From the NCBI GenBank assembly GCA_963662405.2, contig CAXXKT010000001.1:512001-576000 (forward strand): a stretch of 64,000 bases of DNA, in the 5' to 3' direction. The stretch is from Syntrophales bacterium. GTDB taxonomy: Bacteria; Desulfobacterota; Syntrophia; Syntrophales; UBA2210. Below, in pieces: positions 54,957 to 62,732 of the stretch; the stretch's first letter is position 1; each line of letters opens with the position of its first letter. Under the pieces are notes generated by a model. That model saw nothing but the letters and a program-made list of their open reading frames with translations. It was not told where the DNA came from and did not search any database. The translations under genes were made by a program, and so were the position numbers.

Positions 54957-55099
54957 GGGAAAGGTGAGGCCTCCGTACCACGAATCGGATTGTTATTCCG
55001 GCGGAAGCCGGCACGATGCTCCCCCGCTATTATCGCGGCAGGGCCGACTCTCCCGAAAGGGGGAACCGACCCTGGGCGAAGAGAATCGATATGGCGCCG

Positions 55100-55645
55100 T
55101 TACCCTTTGTCCGGGGTAAAGGTGCCATCCATCTTGAGCGTGCCTTGTTCCTTTCTGCCGTCGGGGTACGTGAGCGTCCCCACCGCGAAGCGCTTGATCC
55201 ACCGATATTCGGCCGGTGCCTTTATGCCGGTCTGCGCGGGAGCTTGCCCCTTTGTAACGTGGATCTCCTTCTTCCACTCTCCGGTAAATATCCTCCCGTC
55301 CCAGAAGGCCATGGTTCCCTGTCCTTCCCAAGCACCCTTCTTGAACTCCCCATCATACTGCTTTAACGGTTGGCCCTCGGGATACGTCAGGATCCCCCGG
55401 CCATCGGGTTTACCCTTCTGCCAGGACCCGGTATACGTATCACCGCCCGCCCCAATCATCATCCCCTGGCCTTCCGGCACACCATCCTTGAACTGCCCCG
55501 TATATTTCTTGAAGTTTTTATGGCCGGGATAGGTCATCACCCCTTCCCCGTTGAGGCAATCCCCCTGTATGCATTCGGACAGGACCGCTCCAGGATACCC
55601 GATAAGCAGCGCCGCCAGAACGGCGCACATCCACACTCGTTTCAT
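55100..55645 (-). CDS. Secreted MORN-repeat protein
   Basis: Signal peptide, CIQGDCLNGEG, repeated Y.G.[FW]K.G...G.G.M motifs. Confidence 0.85.
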   Translation of the reverse strand: MKRVWMCAVLAALLIGYPGAVLSECIQGDCLNGEGVMTYPGHKNFKKYTGQFKDGVPEGQGMMIGAGGDTYTGSWQKGKPDGRGILTYPEGQPLKQYDGEFKKGAWEGQGTMAFWDGRIFTGEWKKEIHVTKGQAPAQTGIKAPAEYRWIKRFAVGTLTYPDGRKEQGTLKMDGTFTPDKG

Positions 55646-55723
55646 TTTCATTCCTCCCTGATTAAAGAACTCTCCGCACACCGGATTGGGCTCCGGGACA
55701 CCGGCGAGGCTGCTCGAACCGCT

Positions 55724-56140
55724 CTATTGCTTCATCCCGGGGATCCCCAGGGGCGCCAGCTTCAGGCGCCAGCCGTCATCTTGCAGCAGCCACGTTTCCT
55801 TGAAGGTAAAGGGGAATACCATCCCCATATGCGATGCCTTGCACGTAACGTTCGCCACGGCTTCTTTCCCCGATTCCAGCATGGTAATCTCTGTGATCGA
55901 AAACTCCGATATATCGAGATTTGCCCCCCGTAAGAAAGCCTGGAGGGATACCTTCTCGCGGTATTCGGCCACCGTCAGATTATAGACGATGTCCCAGTTC
56001 TTGCTGACCTTGGCGTTCCACGCCTGTGTCACTCTCTGCCTCAGGGCCTCCTCACTTCCCGGATCCCTCAGGAGGTGAGCACATCCTCCCAACATGACAG
56101 ACAGCGAAATCAGAATAACCATCACCCTGAATCGATTCAT
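55724..56140 (-). CDS. Putative lipoprotein (possible NTF2-like fold)
   Basis: Lipobox LGG-C; LRQRV..AWNA...W, ETW...DDGW; overlaps the upstream stop. Confidence 0.75.
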   Translation of the reverse strand: MNRFRVMVILISLSVMLGGCAHLLRDPGSEEALRQRVTQAWNAKVSKNWDIVYNLTVAEYREKVSLQAFLRGANLDISEFSITEITMLESGKEAVANVTCKASHMGMVFPFTFKETWLLQDDGWRLKLAPLGIPGMKQ

Positions 56141-57195
56141 TGTTTCTCACCTCCGGACGCGGATTGTTTCTTGAGCAATTCCATATATTCTGCCGGAGAC
56201 AATTTGTGAAGTTCCTTGATATTCCTCATCTGTTCCTTTTCCCTCTTCTCTTCAAGCTTATCTTTCATGTCCTTACCGGTTATGGCAACGATCTTTTCAT
56301 CATCAGGGATCGAACCATCCAGAGGGATCATCCGGCTCCGGCTGACGGCGGCCTTTCCGTCCGCGTCGAGATTGAGGCGGGTATATCCGACTTGCTCCCC
56401 CCTATAGCTTGACTTGATGAAGGGCTCGTTGCTCGCGGCTTGCGCCATCTTCTTTCCGCAGCCCCCGCGCCTGTCTTTGTCCCCGGAACAAATGCTGAGA
56501 TCGATGCCGTCTAAGTCTTTAACCAGCAGGCGCGTCTTCTCCAGGTCATACTGGGAGAGCAGAACGATGACATCGGTCTGCTCCCGCAGCCCCGGCAGCA
56601 CCGCCGTGATGGCCGTCTTGGGATCAACGATCTCGAGACCTGCAACCAGGCCTTTGTCGCTGATATGGTCGAACGCACCGAGGGGGAGGATGGAAAGCAC
56701 GCCGACCCTGACATCTCCCGCCTTGACGACTGCGTATCCGTTACCGAAGGGCTGCATCCCGTCCCGGCGGACGAGATTCGTCGTAACGAAGCTGATACCG
56801 ACCTCCGACGCGGTCTTCGTCAAAAACTCGGCCCCGAGGGAGAAATCAACCCCTCCGAGACCATGTGCGTCATACCCCATGGTGTCCATCGCTTCGACGC
56901 CGATCTTCGCCACCAGTTCGCGATCCCATGCGCCGTCCCGATCCCGGGCGGACTCGGGGGGCATAAAACCGCCGCTATCCAGCAGGATCACTGGCGCCTC
57001 TTCGCTTCGAACCGAATCAATCACCGTTTTCGCTCGGGCCAGACCGCCCGAGGTACGGCCGCCTCACCCACGCCTCGGGGTCAGCTGCCCGACCAGATCG
57101 CCGGTGAACAGCACCGTAACTCCCTCATGCGCCAAGGCTCCCTCCGGCAGGGCCAGGCACAAAGCACACAGGACAAACAGGATCCATCTTTTCAC
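56137..57195 (-). CDS. Exported UshA-like (5'-nucleotidase N-domain fold) selenoprotein, about 352 aa; the ORF track captures only the part after the TGA
   Basis: Signal peptide (M)KRWILFVLCALCLALPEGALA, then VTVLFTGDLVGQLTPRRG(U)GGRTSGGLARAKTVI...LLDSGG. In-frame TGA at 57066-57064 followed by a SECIS-like hairpin. Alternative start ATG 57213. Confidence 0.85.
57033..57052 (-). promoter_or_regulatory. Bacterial SECIS-like element
   Basis: Minus strand CTCGGGC-GGTCTG-GCCCGAG: a perfect 7-bp stem starting 12 nt after the UGA. Confidence 0.8.
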
Positions 57196-57308
57196 GATAT
57201 CTTCTACCTCCATGGGTTCTTGTTTTGGGAAGATCTACGGGAAGATCCCCTCCCGTTTTACAACACATTAAACCAGATTTCCTCTATACCGCATCAGAAT
57301 TTCGCCCG

Positions 57309-57644
57309 TCAGTATTTACAGGGTGCGGCCATCGCAAGTCGTTCAAGATCCCCTTTGACGGTCTCGTCATCCGCCAGGTTGTTGCGAAAACATGCCTGGA
57401 GACATGCCTCCAGGTGGTGTCGGGGCTCTACCAGTCGGTAATGTCTCCACGTACCATCACGCCGAACTTCGACCATCCCCGCCGCGCGCATAATCCCAAG
57501 GTGGCGGGAGATTTTGAATTCCGGCTCGTGGAGCGCCTCTCCCAGCTGGCAGACACATTTCTCCCCCTGGATGGAAAGCAGGACCGCCAGTCTGAACCGG
57601 GTCGGATCGGCAAGGGCCTTGAAAATGGCTATTTCATCGTGCAT
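57309..57644 (-). CDS. arsR: ArsR/SmtB family transcriptional repressor
   Basis: FKALADPTR, EKCVCQL, ISRHL..MR.AG.V..RRDG.W..Y. Confidence 0.93.
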   Translation of the reverse strand: MHDEIAIFKALADPTRFRLAVLLSIQGEKCVCQLGEALHEPEFKISRHLGIMRAAGMVEVRRDGTWRHYRLVEPRHHLEACLQACFRNNLADDETVKGDLERLAMAAPCKY

Positions 57645-57668
57645 GTCAGGGTTCCCCTCCTATCTACG

Positions 57669-57716
57669 AATATGCACATTAACGCAGATTAAACATGCCC
57701 GACACAACCCTGTCAA
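57669..57716 (-). promoter_or_regulatory. arsR promoter with overlapping candidate operator
   Basis: Minus strand TTGACA-N17-TTTAAT; imperfect inverted repeat AATATGC-N8-GCAGATT (57669-57690) overlaps the -10/+1 region. Confidence 0.6.
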
Positions 57717-57885
57717 GAACAATATTGATCGGGGAAGAACATTACCCCCGAGTCGGAGAGCATTCGGAGCGGTACCGTTGGTATCCCCGATAGGCCTTCT
57801 CATCCGCCGTCTCAGAAAAATCTTGCCGATGGACAATCAGGCACCTCGATCCTGCGCCGTGGCCGGGAACCGTCGGCGGGCATGG

Positions 57886-60303
57886 TCACCGTATGACATC
57901 CCCCATCAATTTGTGGCTATCTACCGACGTCTGGAGATAGACGCCGCTGATAAAACCGTCATCAAGAGATTCGATTTTCGCGTATCCGAAGCGTTCGTCC
58001 ACGCCGAAAAGGCTTCTGATCGTCCCGCACACCTTTCGGTTCGGAGCCATATCCTCCCAGTCCCGCGTAAGGAGAAGATCTCCATCCGGGCTGAAGACTG
58101 AGCACCGGACGGTCGTCTCCGTGACTCCGGCATTAGTGAAACAGATTCCCGTCCCCCAAGACGTCTGATCGGGAATATGCGGGACATATCCGATTGAGGC
58201 GGACGCCCCCCTGATCGGCACCCCGGCCAGCTGCCATCCGCTGCTTGACGCGTACAACAGCCAGCCGCACAGGGGCTGATCGGCATGGGACACGATCCGG
58301 ATCGAAGCGATCTCCTGGGGGGAAACAAATGGGAAAAACGTGGTCGGTGTTCCGACCACATGCTGCCGTGCCTTGATGGTTCTCGTCGATTCATCCAGGA
58401 GATTCCCATCCGCGTCATATCCGTAAAAGGTGACAAGCGATGAGAACCGCCCGGCATTCGCGACGACGATACCCGTCTGCCAGTTCCGGTTCGAAGCGAC
58501 GTGCGGGACCACCAGCTCGGAGGTCCGCTCCGGATCCAGGGGGATAAGGCTCTTCAGGGAAAGTGAGACAGAAACATCTTCATACAGTTTCACATACCCG
58601 ATCAGCGAAGCGGCCCCGCCCTCAACCGTGGCGCTCATGGTCCGCGCCTCCTCGGATCTGAGGATCCCGACGGCGCCGGGCCGGTCCTCCGTTTTCTGAC
58701 CAGGATCGAGGACGACCGTATCCGTGCCGAGCGGCTCCCCCTGATCGTCATAGGCTTGGCGGGTAACGGTCACCGCCTGGTCGCCGACATTGATCATGCC
58801 GAGGTATGTCGTCCAGAATCCATACGCCAGTTGGGGGTAAAAGAGTTCCGCGGCGGCATCCCCACCCGGCAGGAGGTTGCACCCCATGAGGTCCCAGCTC
58901 CCGTAGGTCACCTCCTGCAGCCCCCAGAGCGGCTCATCCGCATCCACGCGGAGATATCCCTTGTCCGGGAGCGTCAGTCCGAAGTCATCCTCAACGGTCC
59001 CGGACAGCTGGCCGTAGAGATCCGACACGGAAAAGCTCTCCCCCAGCGGCAGTCCTTCCCGGTCCATCTGCGAGACGATGATCCTCCCCGACTCCGTTTC
59101 AGGGCTGAGGAGGGCAATGCCGTTGACCCATGACCCCGAAGGATCGAGTGGGAACAGCCCCTGCCAGCCGAGGATGTGCATTACATACAACTCGTAGGTT
59201 ACATCGGATCCGGTCGTCGGTACCAGTTGCAGGTAACAGGGCCCTTCCTCGCCGGCCTCGATAACGGTAGTGGCGCCGTCACTTTCGAAATGCAGCTCAT
59301 CCCCCATGGGGTATACCGTCAGGTCCATCCCCCCGGAGTCGGCGAAACCGGTGATCTCCACACGATCTCCCGCTTTCAGATCGATCGAGAACCAGTCGTC
59401 GGTGACCCCCAGGAGGGACGCGTAGTGGCCGCTCGATATCTCGGCGGCCGTTTCCTGTGACGTGTTGCCGGCAAAGGCATCATCCTCCGCCGCCGCGATC
59501 AATCTCACCTCCTCAACAGCAATCCCCGGGTTCAGGCAGCCGGGGCCCAGGACCTCCCAGGCCCCCTGCGGAGGCGCGATCCCCTCCCCCCAGCCGCTGT
59601 CCGCGATCTCGTCTCCATCCATCCGAAACCAGTACTCGTACGTCTTCTGGAGCACACGGGTCCCCACATAATCGGGACCGACGCCGTCGTTTGCGTAGTA
59701 TATCGTGGTGGTAAAGGTGATAACAGTCCCCACGGTCGTACTCTCGACATCGAACTGGTACACGGGGTAATTCCAGTGCTCCGGCGATATTCCCAGGTCC
59801 ATGATAACCGGCATCCCGCGATCCCCGATATAATCGTGCAGGACCCCGTGGAACCCGGCGGGGCTGTCGACGCCGAACCCGCCGCTGCTTGCCTCGACAT
59901 AATCGGCCTCGGTATAGGCCACGGTCAGGAGCCCCTTTTTGTCCCCCACATGAAATATAACCCCTCCGTAGAGGCCCGGACAAGTCGGTTCCGGTTCCAT
60001 GATGGACGCGGCGGCCCAGTTCCAGCAGTGCCCCCACCAACCTTCAGCGTCGTCGCTGTAATAGTACGACTCCCCGTAAGCGGTCGCCGGCCCGTCATAC
60101 CTCCCGCTGGTCACATAATCGTATTTTTGCAGGGGGGCCGGGGTCCCACGGTAGCCGTAGACGAGTTCCCCCCGCGAGGTCGGCCACCACCACCCGGACC
60201 ACGGTATGGTGTCCGCGGTATAGGTCTCACACAGACCGCCTGCCGCCATGGCGCACCACAGCATGACCATCAGACAAATCCCCGGTACTCTCCGTGCGCT
60301 CAT
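57886..60303 (-). CDS. Secreted transglutaminase-elicitor-like protein with a PPC-like domain and four surface modules
   Basis: PWSGWWWP, PLQKYD, WWGHCWNWAAASIMEPEP, F..GDKKGLL, PAGFH, WNYPVY; DWFSIDL.AGD domain; start ATG 60303 overlaps the upstream TGA. Confidence 0.75.
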   Translation of the reverse strand: MSARRVPGICLMVMLWCAMAAGGLCETYTADTIPWSGWWWPTSRGELVYGYRGTPAPLQKYDYVTSGRYDGPATAYGESYYYSDDAEGWWGHCWNWAAASIMEPEPTCPGLYGGVIFHVGDKKGLLTVAYTEADYVEASSGGFGVDSPAGFHGVLHDYIGDRGMPVIMDLGISPEHWNYPVYQFDVESTTVGTVITFTTTIYYANDGVGPDYVGTRVLQKTYEYWFRMDGDEIADSGWGEGIAPPQGAWEVLGPGCLNPGIAVEEVRLIAAAEDDAFAGNTSQETAAEISSGHYASLLGVTDDWFSIDLKAGDRVEITGFADSGGMDLTVYPMGDELHFESDGATTVIEAGEEGPCYLQLVPTTGSDVTYELYVMHILGWQGLFPLDPSGSWVNGIALLSPETESGRIIVSQMDREGLPLGESFSVSDLYGQLSGTVEDDFGLTLPDKGYLRVDADEPLWGLQEVTYGSWDLMGCNLLPGGDAAAELFYPQLAYGFWTTYLGMINVGDQAVTVTRQAYDDQGEPLGTDTVVLDPGQKTEDRPGAVGILRSEEARTMSATVEGGAASLIGYVKLYEDVSVSLSLKSLIPLDPERTSELVVPHVASNRNWQTGIVVANAGRFSSLVTFYGYDADGNLLDESTRTIKARQHVVGTPTTFFPFVSPQEIASIRIVSHADQPLCGWLLYASSSGWQLAGVPIRGASASIGYVPHIPDQTSWGTGICFTNAGVTETTVRCSVFSPDGDLLLTRDWEDMAPNRKVCGTIRSLFGVDERFGYAKIESLDDGFISGVYLQTSVDSHKLMGDVIR

Positions 60304-61007
60304 CACTCCCTCACCAGCCAATATCTCAGGTGACCGTTCTCCCCACAGATCGGCCACGGCGCCGTTTCATCCCAGTACTGGACGAACGAAACCTCTCCGT
60401 TCCGCGTACACCTGATCTCAATCAGATTATCCCCCGCCACAGACGGGCAGAGTTCAACCTCACCGGAATACCGTTTCGCATCCTGCCGCAGGGTAACAGT
60501 TTTGACAAACCCGCCGCCGATCGAGCGCTTCGCCTGATACTGCCCCGACGAGGGGAGCTCGACCGGGAAAAGGGGGGCGTCGAAGGGAATAGACGATCGT
60601 TCGGTGGATACGGGCACGGCGGTATCGAAGGCCAGTTTCGCCACCACCTGTTCATTGCTTCGCCGAACCTCGACCGCAGCGAGGGAGCGGTCGGCGCACC
60701 GAAACCACAGACGGGCCCCGGGTCCGTTATTCCCGGAAACCGAGGTGACATCCACGACGTACACCGGCTCATCCGCCCTCGTTTCCATGCCGTCCACCCG
60801 GTATACCCAGACAACCGGTGCCGACCAGCCGTCCGCGACGGCGGGCAGCCGTTGGACGACCTTGACGGACCAGCTGTCTCCCACCCGCCAATCGGGGTGA
60901 AATGATTCCGCTCCCGATACCGTATAACTGCCGAAGAGGAGGATGGAAGCCATGAGGCATGCTCCCACCAACCCGTTCATCGCCCTTTTCCGTGTGACCT
61001 TTCCCAT
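60303..61007 (-). CDS. Hypothetical secreted protein, Trp-rich and probably beta-rich
   Basis: Signal-like segment, P.W.VGD.W.V motif, translationally coupled to the TGase-like gene; start uncertain (61007 or 60980). Confidence 0.7.
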   Translation of the reverse strand: MGKVTRKRAMNGLVGACLMASILLFGSYTVSGAESFHPDWRVGDSWSVKVVQRLPAVADGWSAPVVWVYRVDGMETRADEPVYVVDVTSVSGNNGPGARLWFRCADRSLAAVEVRRSNEQVVAKLAFDTAVPVSTERSSIPFDAPLFPVELPSSGQYQAKRSIGGGFVKTVTLRQDAKRYSGEVELCPSVAGDNLIEIRCTRNGEVSFVQYWDETAPWPICGENGHLRYWLVRE

Positions 61008-61200
61008 TGCGTGTCTCTTCGTCGTATCGTATCTCTCGCCCGGGGACATGTGTATCCTTTCCGCCGTTTCGACAGCCGGGAGAAAATGTACGTGATGATT
61101 GCCCCTGAAACGGGTATCAGACGGTGCCGAAGGGCCGGGGTATGGCACCACTACAGCCTTTACCCGGTCGGCAACCGGCCTTTTCGTTATTCTCAGATCG

Positions 61201-61241
61201 AAAAAAAAGGGTGATACGGACACCGTCCGTCCGTATCACCC
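61201..61241 (-). terminator. Rho-independent terminator
   Basis: Minus strand GGGTGATACGGAC-N7-GTCCGTATCACCC (13-bp perfect stem) followed by T8, about 60 bp after the 61300-62478 gene. Confidence 0.9.
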
Positions 61242-61299
61242 GGGTTGTCATCCCTTCCCCGAAACCGCTCAGGGCTCCGGGGAAGAAAAGCCATTTACA

Positions 61300-62478
61300 T
61301 TAGTCTAAGTCTCTCTGGCAGGGGCTGTTGCAGTCGGCCGCGTAGGTGCCGCCCGCGTAGTTCCCGTTGGAGAGGAACATATACCCATTGATCATGAAGT
61401 TGGCAGTCGCCTTCAGATAGGCACGACCCGCCGCCGGGACACCGCTGAACTCGGCCAGGATCGCGTCGAGGCTGAAGGTCCAGACATACTCATCACTCGC
61501 GAAGTCATCCTTCGTGTAGGTGAACTCGGTACCGGTCGCATCGACAAGCGTGAAGACCACTTCCATGTCACCGTACGCCACGGCGGCCGGATTCATATTG
61601 ATCAGGGTGATACCCGTGACCCACGGACTGCTCTGGGTCAGGACGTAGGGGAAGAGCACACAGCACTCATCCGGCTCCGTCACTGTTTCCGGGCAGTAGA
61701 TGCCGAGGTCGACGGTGCACTCGCAGACCACCGCGCAATCATCGCAGATGGTGCCCGGATTTTCGGCGGACAGCAGCTCGATCTTCACCAGAACGCTGGC
61801 GCCACGTACCGCATCGTCCTCATCGTACTTCATGGCGGGCATATCGATCCACCACCAGCAGAAGGCATCGTCAATGTCGGCCTCCTGGAGCAGATAGCCA
61901 TCTCCGCATTCCGTCTCTTTGACGAGGGGCTTGTAGAGAGGATCGCAGTCGTTATCCTTCGGAGCCGGAAAAGTGTCATACGTACGGGCACGGTCCGACC
62001 AGTAATTGTAGTCGGTGCCGAAGGTCCGGATGTTCCCCGTCGCTGCCATTGTCGCGGCGGCGCAGGCGTCCGTGGAATTCTCATAGGTGGTGAAGAAGAT
62101 CTCATCAGCCGTGAAATAGAACCCGTCCGTGAGGGACGTCATGCGGATCCCGATCGTGTTGCCCGATACAAAGGCGCTCACGTCTTCGCAGCAGCAGATG
62201 TCGAAGAGCACCTTGCAGCCTTCGTTATCCGTCGAATAGCCGATGGCACCGCTCGCGACGGCGGTCGCATCCAGGGCCGAACTGGTGTCATCATAGTCGA
62301 AGAAATAGGCCTGGCAGACCCCTGCCGCGTTGACGGCGGTCGAACTCACCGGGCAATCAATGGTGCCGATATTGCACTTGCCGCAGTCTTCGCAGCATGC
62401 CTGATGCGCGGCGGCGGGCATTGCAAACGCGAAGACCATCGCCATCGCGGCAAATAATACTAAAGCTTTTTTCATCAT
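61300..62478 (-). CDS. Cys-rich acidic secreted protein with one C-terminal surface module; candidate S-layer or major envelope protein
   Basis: AGGAGG RBS, signal peptide MMKKALVL...AAA, more than 20 Cys, VLFPYVLTQSSPWVTGITLIN; has its own strong terminator. Confidence 0.7.
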   Translation of the reverse strand: MMKKALVLFAAMAMVFAFAMPAAAHQACCEDCGKCNIGTIDCPVSSTAVNAAGVCQAYFFDYDDTSSALDATAVASGAIGYSTDNEGCKVLFDICCCEDVSAFVSGNTIGIRMTSLTDGFYFTADEIFFTTYENSTDACAAATMAATGNIRTFGTDYNYWSDRARTYDTFPAPKDNDCDPLYKPLVKETECGDGYLLQEADIDDAFCWWWIDMPAMKYDEDDAVRGASVLVKIELLSAENPGTICDDCAVVCECTVDLGIYCPETVTEPDECCVLFPYVLTQSSPWVTGITLINMNPAAVAYGDMEVVFTLVDATGTEFTYTKDDFASDEYVWTFSLDAILAEFSGVPAAGRAYLKATANFMINGYMFLSNGNYAGGTYAADCNSPCQRDLD

Positions 62479-62732
62479 CTTTTCCTCCTGAAATAGTCTG
62501 GTTTAAATATTTCCTGTGGTTGTACAACATCACCTTCTACCGCAATTGCAACTGTTCTCCTCGTATCCCTCCTTTCCGCTCTGTTCTTTTTATCTTCTTA
62601 CCAAGAAAACTCCCGCCCCTCCCGGACCGGGTGTATATCCAACACTCGGCATCCCTCTCTGAGAGCAATACCGACCACACATCGTTGATGCTTACTACGC
62701 CAATCGCGCCCCTGTCAAGCATATTCTATCCA

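Noticed and set aside
61300..62478. Multiheme cytochrome or ferredoxin
   Set aside because: No CxxCH motifs and no canonical CxxCxxCxxxCP; it has a Sec-pathway signal peptide rather than a Tat motif.
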